From positions 53,689 to 117,688 of the IMG/VR virus record IMGVR_UViG_3300042541_001760: a stretch of 64,000 nucleotides of DNA. The stretch is one strand, 5' to 3'. Of the stretch, positions 1-9,575 are shown piece by piece. The position numbers and the translations under genes are program-made. Position 1 is the first letter of the stretch, and each line of letters begins with the position of its first letter. The notes under the pieces were generated by a model, which did not search any database, had not been told where the DNA came from, and saw nothing but the letters and a program-made list of their open reading frames with translations. This stretch comes from a virus.

Positions 1-395
1 CCTGGTGTTGTTAGTAATCTTAATTTACCCATTAAAACATTACCCTCCCACCATACTTCAGTAATAAGGTGAGAAACTCTGTCTAAATCTATTAAAGAAG
101 ATTCGGGGTGATTTAATTCAGATAAAGATGTTCCTTTTTGAATTAATTTTTTATAATTCTCGGCTTCTCTTTTTAATATTTTTTCGGGGTATGATCTACC
201 ATTTCTGTTTGGCGTGTCGTATTTTTGTAATACGGCGTAGAACTCAAAAGGTTTACTATGATCTAGAAAACCTTTTGATTCTTTTAATATATCTTGGTTA
301 CCGAACTCTCTTGGTGATACATAACCTGCGTCATCCTCAATAAGAATACCTTTCTTACCTGATTCGTTACCTTTTAAAATTCTATATTCGCTCAT
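1..395 (-). CDS. Prohead core protease, T4 gp21-like (partial; runs off the window start)
   Basis: Minus-strand ORF with ATG at 393-395 (MSEYRILKGNESGKKG...) open to position 1. The translation contains RNGRSYPEKILKREAENY...SELNHPESSL...EVWWEGNVLMGKLRL. From memory this matches the conserved core of T4 gp21 (RLYPKRILEKAVKDY...GELNHP...DMWWKGNDVYGRARV). It lies downstream of the portal in transcription order, as in T4. The listed + ORF 128-343 is an antisense artefact. Confidence 0.8.
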   Translation of the reverse strand, partial: MSEYRILKGNESGKKGILIEDDAGYVSPREFGNQDILKESKGFLDHSKPFEFYAVLQKYDTPNRNGRSYPEKILKREAENYKKLIQKGTSLSELNHPESSLIDLDRVSHLITEVWWEGNVLMGKLRLLTTP

Positions 396-431
396 ATGTT
401 ATTTTAACAATAAATACCGCGAACTTTATAT

Positions 432-884
432 TTATGCCTCAACTAATTCAGATTTGTCTTTTTTACTAACGTGAAATTTAAAATACTCATTACCTTTAAA
501 CACATCATTGTGTATTGAGTTCACAATATCTTTAATGGATTTCTTAAGTTCGGGTGATTTAAAATCAATCTCATTTATTAAGAATAAATTTATCTCTAAA
601 TTCATAAAAGACCTTTTTTTGTATTGTATGCCACTTGTTCTTAGGTCTAAATCAACTATAAAATTCTCATCATATATTTCCCTGTTGATTATTTCATATA
701 TTGAGTGTTTTACCGCTCTTGACATATTTAGGACGATTCTTGTCCAATTTTCGTAATCATCACTTGGCTCAACCCAAGATTGTATATTAATGTAAAGTGA
801 TTTAAGTTCTTTTGAATCTACTGTCCCGTAATTAATTTTTGATGATTTGTAACCGACTAATTTTGAGGTTTTACCCTTCTTCAT
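432..884 (-). CDS. Hypothetical protein in the head-morphogenesis block, between portal and prohead protease
   Basis: 150-aa ORF on the same strand, tightly spaced with its neighbours. No recognisable motif. Its position corresponds to the T4 gp67/gp68 prohead-core region. Confidence 0.5.
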   Translation of the reverse strand: MKKGKTSKLVGYKSSKINYGTVDSKELKSLYINIQSWVEPSDDYENWTRIVLNMSRAVKHSIYEIINREIYDENFIVDLDLRTSGIQYKKRSFMNLEINLFLINEIDFKSPELKKSIKDIVNSIHNDVFKGNEYFKFHVSKKDKSELVEA

Positions 885-950
885 AATTCCATAATTGATA
901 TGTTTATTGTTTTAGGAATTATAGGTTAATATTATTATTTTGTCAAAAAA

Positions 951-1679
951 TTAAAGTTTATCAATTAATGAACGCAATTTAACTAATTCTAACCTATCTG
1001 GAGTTTTGATTTTAATATTGTCTATTGTTTCGTTAATGGTGGTTCTAACCGACTCATCACTCTCATTTACCGTTAATAATGCTAGTTTAACAATAGCGTC
1101 ATCTCTCAACTCGTTAAATTTCCTTTCTAATGTTGACTCATCCATTTTTAATAGACCTATAACCTCTTTTTGTTCCGATTCGGTAAGGTTACTAATATAT
1201 TCCGAATATGACTTATTCGCGATACTCAGCATTGAGTTTATTGGTATGTTAATGTTTGTATTATTTTCACAAGAAGGTTCTTTTTGTAAATTTTCTACAA
1301 CGATTTTTTTGTTTTTAATTTTATTCTCTAAATTTAAAACGTCATTTGATCTACCCAATAAATTATCAATATGTTCGTATTGATTATCTACTTTTATTTT
1401 AGACACCCACCCCATAATGGATTTAATGTCCTTGTCTTGAACTCTATTAATTATATTCTCATAAAGTGTAATGGATTCAAATACGAATTCTTTTGCGATA
1501 CTCTCATTCAAACCCTTATTAGAACTTAGTTCATCATATAGATAAAATAACTTAGAGATATTTTTATTACTAAGAACCAATTTATTGAATGTTTTTATTT
1601 CATTCTTAAATGTGTTATTACTATATGACTCCAATAATAGAGTTTCAATTTTCGTTTTTAATATACCAAATTTTACCAT
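951..1679 (-). CDS. Hypothetical protein, possible prohead core/scaffold component
   Basis: 242-aa ORF immediately downstream of the portal gene. Charged and predicted helical. A TATATAAATAT box sits 14 nt upstream of the start (plus coords 1693-1702). Confidence 0.5.
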   Translation of the reverse strand: MVKFGILKTKIETLLLESYSNNTFKNEIKTFNKLVLSNKNISKLFYLYDELSSNKGLNESIAKEFVFESITLYENIINRVQDKDIKSIMGWVSKIKVDNQYEHIDNLLGRSNDVLNLENKIKNKKIVVENLQKEPSCENNTNINIPINSMLSIANKSYSEYISNLTESEQKEVIGLLKMDESTLERKFNELRDDAIVKLALLTVNESDESVRTTINETIDNIKIKTPDRLELVKLRSLIDKL

Positions 1680-1705
1680 CTCTTTAAATGTTTTTTATAT
1701 AAATA

Positions 1706-3568
1706 TCAATCATTTAACAATCTGTTCAATTCATTCTCCATTTCACCTAAAGAATTCTTTGCCCTAGACAAATTTATATACTCACTTTCAGATACTAAAC
1801 TACTATTTTCTAATAATATATTCGCACTATCTCTATTTGAAGATTCGGGTGTTACTCCCGCTTCTCCACCCGGAGTTGGTCCTGGTGGTGGTGGTGCGAT
1901 ACCTCCACCTTCTTCTCCACCCATTGGTGGTGGTGGTTCCATTCCTCCCATATCACCACCCATATCTCCGCCAGGTGGTGGAGGTGGTACTGCGGCGGAC
2001 GCTGAGGTTGTTCCCGTTTGTTGTCCGTATAATTTATCAATATTATCAAATATACCTGTATGAACAATAATTGTTGGTGTATTTGTAAGTTCGGCCGCGA
2101 CTGCTTTCTCAATTCTTTGTTGTTGTAAATCCAATCTAATCTCTTCGTCAGAGAATCCTAAGATATGTTTCTTAGCCCAAGATTGTGATACAGGGGCGAT
2201 ACCCTCAATTCCTGCAACCGCATCCTTATATAATAATATCTTCTCTTTCCAAACATCAATTTTTAACAAATCAGCCTGTGTTGATGGATTAGATAATGCT
2301 AACGTAAAGTTAGATAACTCGTCTTCAAAACCTAAAAGAAATAAATGGATAATGGCTATTTTATTCATCTCAGCCAACATACTCTTTTGAATACGATTAA
2401 TAGTTCTCGCAAAACGAATATCCATCAATGATAGATTTTTACCATCTCCAACAACCTCCTCAAAACCTAAGAACGCTTTTGGGACTCTCAATGCGGTTAA
2501 TAGTTTCTTTTGAATATACTCAATATCGGCGATTTCCGATAAGTTAGTCGCTCCGGGAAGTGTTGTAATAGGGTCAGGAGCGGCAGCATCTCTAACAGGT
2601 ATGAAGTAATCTTGGTCAACCGCCATTTGGTTAAATCTCATATCAACATTACCTGTGTTATTATCTACAACTTGAGAACGCTTGAACTTGTTTGCCATAC
2701 GTTGTACATACGGTTCAACATCCTTATCATCCATATTACCTACGAATATCTTGAACATTCTTCTTTCGGGGGCTCTTGATGTTCTGTAAATTAACATCGC
2801 ATCCTCAGACAATAATAACTGTTTCCAAATTCTCCTCGCCTTTTCCAACATAGATGTACCATAAGGTAACTTTCTATCATCCCCCAATAATCTAAAGTGG
2901 GCAATTTCCCAAGAATTAAATTCCATATCCTTGGCTTTCCATTTAAATCTCAATCCTGTATTTCTTGGGTCTTGTTCGGTATTTGTAGTTTTTGATGCCA
3001 TACCCATCTCCAATCTTTCAATCTCAATGTTTGGTAACTGCATACAACCAACAACCCCTCTTTCAGTATCCAATTTTAGATAAACAAAATTATCACCATA
3101 TTTACAAGCATTTCTTGTCCACATTGGTAAGTTTGTATTAATATCCAAATTGTTATTAAACAAATCCGATAATATTGATTTTATTCTCTGTGATTCAGAA
3201 TAAATCTGTAACATATCACCATTTTGGTCAACCGTGGTGGATTCCTCACCATAGATATCCAACGCTGCGGATATTTCGGGTGTGTACTCCATAGATTCAA
3301 AATCATAGAATGATGCTAATCTTGTTGGTTCGTAATATGTTGCTTGGGTATATAAATTATTCTCAATCTTAGTCCATTGATTGGATAAGTAGAATGTTTG
3401 TTGAGCTTGGAGTTTTTCCTTCTCGTATTGTTGTTTACTGTTTGTTTTTAGTAATTCTGTCTTATCGTATTTGTAGGTCGGATAATCTTGACCTAATAAT
3501 GAGTAAGGACCGAAGGCTTGGGTTAATCTTTGCCAAACGGTCAAATTTTGATTATTGTTATTTTCCAT
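1706..3568 (-). CDS. Portal vertex protein, T4 gp20-like, with Pro/Gly/Met/Asp-rich C-terminal tail
   Basis: 620-aa protein. IYRTSRAPERRMFKIFVGNM and TTLPGATNLSEIADIEYIQKKLLTALRVP align with T4 gp20 segments [20 protein letters not shown] and [29 protein letters not shown]. The gene directly follows the large terminase. The C-terminal low-complexity tail (PPPPPGGDMGGDMGGMEPPPPMGGEEGGG...) is unusual. Confidence 0.9.
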   Translation of the reverse strand: MENNNNQNLTVWQRLTQAFGPYSLLGQDYPTYKYDKTELLKTNSKQQYEKEKLQAQQTFYLSNQWTKIENNLYTQATYYEPTRLASFYDFESMEYTPEISAALDIYGEESTTVDQNGDMLQIYSESQRIKSILSDLFNNNLDINTNLPMWTRNACKYGDNFVYLKLDTERGVVGCMQLPNIEIERLEMGMASKTTNTEQDPRNTGLRFKWKAKDMEFNSWEIAHFRLLGDDRKLPYGTSMLEKARRIWKQLLLSEDAMLIYRTSRAPERRMFKIFVGNMDDKDVEPYVQRMANKFKRSQVVDNNTGNVDMRFNQMAVDQDYFIPVRDAAAPDPITTLPGATNLSEIADIEYIQKKLLTALRVPKAFLGFEEVVGDGKNLSLMDIRFARTINRIQKSMLAEMNKIAIIHLFLLGFEDELSNFTLALSNPSTQADLLKIDVWKEKILLYKDAVAGIEGIAPVSQSWAKKHILGFSDEEIRLDLQQQRIEKAVAAELTNTPTIIVHTGIFDNIDKLYGQQTGTTSASAAVPPPPPGGDMGGDMGGMEPPPPMGGEEGGGIAPPPPGPTPGGEAGVTPESSNRDSANILLENSSLVSESEYINLSRAKNSLGEMENELNRLLND

Positions 3569-3631
3569 ATAATAAATTTAACTATATCCATAAATAGTTA
3601 AACACTAGTATTTTGGATATTTCGATAAATA

Positions 3632-5404
3632 TCATCGTTTGTTACCAAATAACCAACCATAGTCAATATAGTCCTGTCTTGATGCTCCTTGTTGTCTTGG
3701 GTCTTGGTATCTTTGTTGTATATTGGGCGATCCAGGATTAAACGAAATTGACTTGGCTGGAGACTCATCAACGTTAACCGTCCAAGATTCCAACATCGCT
3801 TTTGTATGTTCTGTAACCTTTCCTAATTGACTAAATGAAGATTCACCAACATAAATTGCCATCGCAATGGACATAAGTAAATCATCGTGTTGACCCTTTT
3901 GATGATCAGGTCTACCACTAATATAAACAAAAGTATTCATCTCGTTTAATAGACGATTACTATGAATAATAAAATTATGTCTTACCGCCTCCTCAAACGC
4001 CGCAATTATCTGAACTCTCTTATTATTGAAGTTAATACCCGGTATCTTCTCATTTTGCTTTGGGTCGTATTTCCATTTGTTTTGATAATCAACACCATCA
4101 ACATATAAATCCCTATAACCCAACTCCTGCATTTTTCTAGACGTAGATACTCCCATTCCTCCTGTTATATCAACAACAACAAAACAAGAATACATATTAG
4201 CCCATTTAAAGGCAATATCCGCCATAATGTCTGGTGGTACCTTACCAACATATTCGGCAACTTGTTCTCTCTCATCAAAATCTATAATTTGGAATGTTGA
4301 GTAATCCTCACTATCTCCTCTTGATACGTCAACCCCCATAATGTATTTGTGACCAATTACAGGTTCTTTCCATATCCATAAAGAGTTTGCCATCATCTTA
4401 TTTGTCGGCTCTGAAATGGTATTTTCACGAATCTTGGTAAGTGTCTTTGAATCAAACACGTTATCACCAGATCCAAGGAAGTTACACTCCAATTCCTGAG
4501 AAACTTTTCTCTTGTCGTATTTTAACTTCTTTACCATTCCCTCAAACCAAGAAGAACAAGGTTTAAATCCGTCTTTAAAATAAGGTTTTAGTTTTTCGTG
4601 GTCACCACTATTTGGGTGATAATGTTCTATTTTTACTACTGCATCTGATGGGTATTGTTCCTTATTTAACAAATAGTGAATAATATCATCCGTTTTAACC
4701 AAGAACATATCTTTGGTATATCTTGGATCTCTATACCAAAACATTTCAGATATTTTAAAATCATTAAACCCTCTTAACGCCTGGTCATAGATTTCGTAAT
4801 AAATGGGGTCATACCCGTTTGGTGTTGAAATTACAATAACTTTACCACCCGTAGATAGTGAAGCCATACAGGCTGACCAGAAATCCGCATCCGCTTCAAT
4901 GTAAGCAGCCTCATCAAATATTAGTATTGTTGGTGTATAACCACGTAAAGCATCCTTAGATGTTGCTACCGCCTTTACTTCACAACCATTTGTTAATTTG
5001 TAATGTCTTTGTGAGTTCTTTTCTTTAGCAAATCCAATATCAACCCAAGACGGCCATTGTTCAATAAACCCTCTGACTTTATTAGCCATCTCTTGGGCGG
5101 TATCCAATTTATTGGCGATAATTAGAATCTTCTCAGGTGTTTGTTTTTTCGCGAAGGCTATTTTCTTAGACGCCCAAGCGGCGGTTACGGTGGATACGCC
5201 CGCCTGTCTATACTTTAGGGCGATATTCTCGTTATTATTCTCATAATCGTCAAGTAAGGATATTTGGTCGGGAAACAATTCTAAAGGAACAAATCTAGAT
5301 ACCGTATTATCATACGTCTGTAAATACGTTTTAAGTGCATAAGGGGTATCCCTCATACACTTAACATATTCTATTAAAACTTGTTCCTTTGTTATATTTT
5401 GCAT
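3632..5404 (-). CDS. Terminase large subunit (TerL), T4 gp17-like
   Basis: 590-aa protein. N-terminal ATPase with Walker-B-like ILIFDEAAYIE and the adenine-binding/coupling region VIVISTPNG. C-terminal RNaseH-like nuclease with acidic motifs MGVDVSRGDSEDYSTFQIIDFDE. Adjacent to the portal gene. Confidence 0.9.
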   Translation of the reverse strand: MQNITKEQVLIEYVKCMRDTPYALKTYLQTYDNTVSRFVPLELFPDQISLLDDYENNNENIALKYRQAGVSTVTAAWASKKIAFAKKQTPEKILIIANKLDTAQEMANKVRGFIEQWPSWVDIGFAKEKNSQRHYKLTNGCEVKAVATSKDALRGYTPTILIFDEAAYIEADADFWSACMASLSTGGKVIVISTPNGYDPIYYEIYDQALRGFNDFKISEMFWYRDPRYTKDMFLVKTDDIIHYLLNKEQYPSDAVVKIEHYHPNSGDHEKLKPYFKDGFKPCSSWFEGMVKKLKYDKRKVSQELECNFLGSGDNVFDSKTLTKIRENTISEPTNKMMANSLWIWKEPVIGHKYIMGVDVSRGDSEDYSTFQIIDFDEREQVAEYVGKVPPDIMADIAFKWANMYSCFVVVDITGGMGVSTSRKMQELGYRDLYVDGVDYQNKWKYDPKQNEKIPGINFNNKRVQIIAAFEEAVRHNFIIHSNRLLNEMNTFVYISGRPDHQKGQHDDLLMSIAMAIYVGESSFSQLGKVTEHTKAMLESWTVNVDESPAKSISFNPGSPNIQQRYQDPRQQGASRQDYIDYGWLFGNKR

Positions 5405-5407
5405 AAA

Positions 5408-6661
5408 TTAGATTCCAAGATCACTCAAAGAAGGACCTTCGTAATCTTCATCCTCATCATTATCTCCGAATTGAGAATCAAAATCTTGTTTCTTTAATTC
5501 CTCAATTATTTCATCAACCATTCTTTGTAATACCTGTTTTCCTTTAGGATTATCAGATAAAATGAATTTAGATAATTTAAAGAATTGTTCCGGTGATAAA
5601 GATGAAAATCTCATAAACAGATAATGCTGAATATGACGTTTGTCCTCCTCAAAAATTTCATCGGGATACGCCGCCAAGAATTTCTCCCAAAAAATAGGAC
5701 CTAATCTTAAATCCCATATCTCTGCGGGTAATGTATCTTCACTCGCAATAACCATTTCGGCTTGACGAGGGTCATCAGGTAATCCGTGAGTTCCGAAAAT
5801 CTCATATACGCCTTTAACCAATTCGTGAATTAACACGGGGAAAGAAGCCCCTCTTGCGATTACTGTTGGTGGGTCTGTTTCCGTATCAACTTCTGATTGA
5901 CCTACTTGACCTTCACCCGATGCTGCCATACTTGACACCATTTGTTCAGGATAAATCCAATATAGATGGTCTAACAATGCTTGTGACATACCATAAATCC
6001 TAACAAGTTCAGGATTAATATTCTCAAGTTCATCAGCAACCAATTCAAACATATAATGTCCTTTTTTAGCCGCTCCACCAATTAATGCGTTAATAAATCT
6101 ACGCTTGGCTTTCTCTTGATTAAATTTCTCAAAAGAATCCATAAAAGCCTCCAACTCATCCTGATGTTCATCAGCTGATGCGAATGCGTCTTTTACTTCT
6201 TCTGCCGTAGGTTCTTCGGATTCACCTCTCATACCTTCAGCCGATGACATACCCCCGTGAATAAGTTTTGCGTCAAACTGCATTGCCCCTTCGGGAATTG
6301 ACATTTCTTTTTTAACTAACTCAACCGCTAAATTCTCAAGATATTCTTTGTTACGACTTTCAATCTGACCAATTTTACCGAACAACTGCATTGCCGATGA
6401 CATAAGTGACATCATAACTTGTTGAGGACCACCTTGTATCTTGGTAGTATCACCCAAATATCTTCTAACGTTATTAACAGAATTTTTAAATCTTTCAGAT
6501 GAAATAACCTCAACGAAATCTCTATCCATTTTAGGTAATCCAGGATGTTCAGCATAAGGAGTCGTTTTAGATGTAATTTTACGCTCAATACTTGGATCCA
6601 TTCTTTCAGGTCCTTCGTAATCTATTGGTGCTTCGCTGATATTTTTTCTATTCTTTGCCAT
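5408..6661 (-). CDS. Hypothetical protein immediately upstream of TerL (too large for a typical small terminase subunit)
   Basis: 417-aa ORF ending 4 nt before TerL. Acidic, with no motif I can name. Confidence 0.55.
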   Translation of the reverse strand: MAKNRKNISEAPIDYEGPERMDPSIERKITSKTTPYAEHPGLPKMDRDFVEVISSERFKNSVNNVRRYLGDTTKIQGGPQQVMMSLMSSAMQLFGKIGQIESRNKEYLENLAVELVKKEMSIPEGAMQFDAKLIHGGMSSAEGMRGESEEPTAEEVKDAFASADEHQDELEAFMDSFEKFNQEKAKRRFINALIGGAAKKGHYMFELVADELENINPELVRIYGMSQALLDHLYWIYPEQMVSSMAASGEGQVGQSEVDTETDPPTVIARGASFPVLIHELVKGVYEIFGTHGLPDDPRQAEMVIASEDTLPAEIWDLRLGPIFWEKFLAAYPDEIFEEDKRHIQHYLFMRFSSLSPEQFFKLSKFILSDNPKGKQVLQRMVDEIIEELKKQDFDSQFGDNDEDEDYEGPSLSDLGI

Positions 6662-6678
6662 TTGAAATATAATTTTAC

Positions 6679-7470
6679 TTAAATATTAATTCCTAATTCA
6701 CCCCAACTTAACCAAGATGGTACCGATTTTTTACCCGCTTTAGGTGCTGGTTTAACTCCGGGTTTAGGTTTATATGGTGTTGAAGGTGTTTTTGTTTTTT
6801 CCTTTTCTTTTGGTGGTGCGATGGTTGGACTACTTTGTTCTTTAGTTTCCACCTTAGCCTTAGGTGCGGGTTTAACTCCCGGTTTTGGACTATATGGTGT
6901 TGAAGGTTTTTTAGTTGTTTCTCCCGGCTTTACCGTAGGTACTTTTGGTTTAACTGGAGTTTGAGTTTCAGATTCTTTAATCATATCTAAAAATTCTTTT
7001 TTACTAATTTTTGGTTGAATATTTCTTTCCAACAAAGATACGATTTTATTTTCTAAAAACAACTCGGACGGGTCTCTTCCTTCTTTTACGGATTTTTTAA
7101 CATCCATAACACATCTTTCGTATTTCTTCTTGTCTTTTCTACCTACAGTGGAAGTACAAATAGCCCAAGGATTGTATTTTTTGGATTTACCCTTACCCTC
7201 TTTCATTTCACTTTCCTTTGGGGTAGCCATAACTTCCCCTGTTGTGGTTTTAGTAACATTATATCCTTTTGGGTTTGGGGGTAAAGATCCACCACCTGTT
7301 CCTATTTTAAGGGATGTTTTTGTAACGGGGGTAACTTGTTCCTTAGATTCTTCTTTACCCTCGTTCAATTTCTTATAAAGTTTAACCAATTGTGATTCAG
7401 TTAAACTTGCTAATGTTTCGGCTTTAAATCCCATATCCATTAATTTAAATGCTGCGTTATCAGTTTTCAT
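6679..7470 (-). CDS. Lys/Pro-rich repeat protein (possible basic internal/DNA-binding protein)
   Basis: 263 aa. Internal direct repeat STPYSPKPGVKPAPKAKVETKEQ / STPYKPKPGVKPAPKAGKK. Very basic. The N-terminus contains LTE. Confidence 0.55.
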   Translation of the reverse strand: MKTDNAAFKLMDMGFKAETLASLTESQLVKLYKKLNEGKEESKEQVTPVTKTSLKIGTGGGSLPPNPKGYNVTKTTTGEVMATPKESEMKEGKGKSKKYNPWAICTSTVGRKDKKKYERCVMDVKKSVKEGRDPSELFLENKIVSLLERNIQPKISKKEFLDMIKESETQTPVKPKVPTVKPGETTKKPSTPYSPKPGVKPAPKAKVETKEQSSPTIAPPKEKEKTKTPSTPYKPKPGVKPAPKAGKKSVPSWLSWGELGINI

Positions 7471-7870
7471 AAACTACTTTTTTTTCAAATTCTAAAACTA
7501 TATCTCTTTCATATAGTTTTTCTTTTATTGTTTTTTCATCCTCACCAAATCTAAAAACCAATCTTTTTTCAGTTTCAAAATTGGTATCAGAATCTTCGGA
7601 TTCCCAACCCAACGCAATTACATCATCAAGAGAATCTATCATAGAAAAAAAGTCAGAATCCTGAATTAGGGATAACTTAATATCCACACTTTTTAGAGTT
7701 CCGACTTTCTGTATAAATTCTATATCGGGAGCGGATGGATTACCGTTAGACGGTTTTGACTCCCATCCCTCTCCCCATATATCGGTTATTGTATCTGAAA
7801 AGATAAATTCATATATATTATCACCTTTATAATTAGGTCCTAAACCATTTATATAAATTAGATAACTCAT
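7460..7870 (-). CDS. Hypothetical protein
   Basis: 136-aa ORF overlapping both neighbours by 4-11 nt (translational coupling). Confidence 0.5.
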   Translation of the reverse strand: MSYLIYINGLGPNYKGDNIYEFIFSDTITDIWGEGWESKPSNGNPSAPDIEFIQKVGTLKSVDIKLSLIQDSDFFSMIDSLDDVIALGWESEDSDTNFETEKRLVFRFGEDEKTIKEKLYERDIVLEFEKKVVYEN

Positions 7871-9294
7871 AGAATCGCTCCGTCAGGTGTGATTTTAAAT
7901 TGTTTACCATTAACCTCAAAAACCAAATTTCTCTTATTAGTTTTACCGATTAATTCGGCTTTAGAATATCTTGTTATAAATTTCTCAGAAGTTACTTCTT
8001 GGTCAATTGATTCTGACAATCTCTTAACTTCTTTCATTTGTTTAACCTTATGAGTTTTTTTCTCAACAAATTTTCTAACTCCTCTTTCTTCGTTTAATCT
8101 TTTTTCGTTAGGTGATTCTTGAAAATATTTTGATAAAATCTTATCAACTTTTGATTCTGAGAAAATTTCATCAAAAATTTTACCCATTCCATCAGCGTGA
8201 TTATCTTCTAACATATCACCCATTTTACTTTTAATGAGTTCGCTATGTTTATTAGTAACTGCTTTGTTAAAGTCCATTTCCTCCATTGGGGATTTTGGGT
8301 GTCTTCTTCTTTTAGGTTCATCACTAAATCCTAAATCATAATCTCCGTCCATAGTTCCTTCCCATTCTTCGGACATTTCACCTTCAGGTAATTCTTCATC
8401 GCCCATTTCAGGTTCTTCCGGCATATCCATACCCGCATCATCCATTTCAGGTTCTTCCGGTATATCCATATCCTCATCACCCATATCTTCATTATCCTCA
8501 AATCTGGTCATAATCTCCTCAACATCCTCATCGGATAATTGACTTAAATCAAGAGCTGACAATATTGAGTTAATAACATATTTTGTGTCATCAGATGAAA
8601 TTGGTTCTTCACCTTGATTAAGTTTTCTAATTTTTTGACCTAACTTACCTGTTAGTTTTTGGATTGATTTAAAGGTAACCATACCTTCTTCACCTTCAGG
8701 TTCTCCGCCCATATCCATTCCTTCGTCACCCATATCCATACCTTCATCACCCATTTCAGGATCTTCCGGCATACCCATTCCTTCATCACCCATAGATGGG
8801 TCTTCAGGCATATCCATACCTGCGTCAGGCATAGGTGGCATATCAGTTGGTGCGGGTACGGGAGCTGGTGCGGGGGCAGGTGCTGGCATCGGCGGTGCTT
8901 CTACAGGTGCGGGTTTAGGAGTTTTTAATGTGAATTTTTTTTGTTCACCAAATAATGAAATATTTTCTTCATTACCAACCAAAGTATTAACTTCTTTTGT
9001 AATTAAGTTTAATCTCTTTAATGCTTGGGAATAAGAAGGGTAATACTTTCTATTCTGCATTGGTTCAAGATAATCCATATCGGATTCATTAATTGATTTT
9101 TTAATGACATATCCGTTCTTATCTCTTTCAATTTTGTATGTATTACCATCGGCTAACATTATTCCATATTCCGTGGATCTTACTTCATTAACAGGATTTG
9201 GAATGTTTTCCTTATAACGAGAAATTTCAATGATACGGTTTATTTTTTCCATACCTTCTAATCTTTCACTTCCTATTGGTTTTAATTTTCCCAT
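7867..9294 (-). CDS. Acidic Met/Gly/Asp/Glu repeat protein with poly(Pro-Ala) stretch
   Basis: 475 aa. Repeats PEDPEMGDEGMDMGDEGMDMGG and PMPAPAPAPAPVPAP. The same GDMGG/MGDEG repeat style occurs in the portal C-terminal tail. Confidence 0.55.
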   Translation of the reverse strand: MGKLKPIGSERLEGMEKINRIIEISRYKENIPNPVNEVRSTEYGIMLADGNTYKIERDKNGYVIKKSINESDMDYLEPMQNRKYYPSYSQALKRLNLITKEVNTLVGNEENISLFGEQKKFTLKTPKPAPVEAPPMPAPAPAPAPVPAPTDMPPMPDAGMDMPEDPSMGDEGMGMPEDPEMGDEGMDMGDEGMDMGGEPEGEEGMVTFKSIQKLTGKLGQKIRKLNQGEEPISSDDTKYVINSILSALDLSQLSDEDVEEIMTRFEDNEDMGDEDMDIPEEPEMDDAGMDMPEEPEMGDEELPEGEMSEEWEGTMDGDYDLGFSDEPKRRRHPKSPMEEMDFNKAVTNKHSELIKSKMGDMLEDNHADGMGKIFDEIFSESKVDKILSKYFQESPNEKRLNEERGVRKFVEKKTHKVKQMKEVKRLSESIDQEVTSEKFITRYSKAELIGKTNKRNLVFEVNGKQFKITPDGAIL

Positions 9295-9311
9295 TTTATT
9301 TTTTTTTATAT

Positions 9312-9500
9312 TTAATTGTTTAATCCGTTAAATCCCCCAAGAGTAACCGCACTACATTGATTAATAGTACCACCAGTAACGTTTGAGTATACGGGTGTTG
9401 GTGTACCAAAGGTAACTACAGAACCTACGGTATTTCCGGAAGCTGCAACATATCCGGTTATTCTTGTTGTGTAATATGAGGTACAGGCAGTTGTTGGCAT
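9312..9500 (-). CDS. Small Gly/Thr-rich ORF (62 aa), possibly real
   Basis: It fills the gap between two genes. A TATAAATATAT box sits 17 nt upstream of its start (plus coords 9517-9527). Low complexity makes coding uncertain. Confidence 0.3.
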   Translation of the reverse strand: MPTTACTSYYTTRITGYVAASGNTVGSVVTFGTPTPVYSNVTGGTINQCSAVTLGGFNGLNN

Positions 9501-9575
9501 ATCTTTATTTTTTCTTTATAAATATATCAATATTAATAATAGTTTATGTGTAATTAATATTATTATCAAAATGAT

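Noticed and set aside
128-343. 71-aa + strand ORF at the window start
   Set aside because: It lies antisense inside the gp21-like protease gene, which has a strong homology signal on the minus strand. The ORF is hydrophobic and low-complexity, typical of an AT-rich antisense frame.
1693-1702. Reading the recurring TATAAATA boxes as T4-type late promoters
   Set aside because: For the genes they precede, the box is on the non-coding strand. In sense orientation the motif is TATTTAT(A/T), with TATATTTG variants. That fits the Bacteroidetes -7 element better than the T4 late promoter.
1837-2112. ORFs 1837-2070 (+) and 1852-2112 (-), and the ggtggtgg/cctcc repeats, inside the portal gene
   Set aside because: They are produced by the Pro/Gly-rich low-complexity tail of the portal (PPPPGGDMGG...). 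They are not independent genes, and they are not a CRISPR or tandem-repeat locus.
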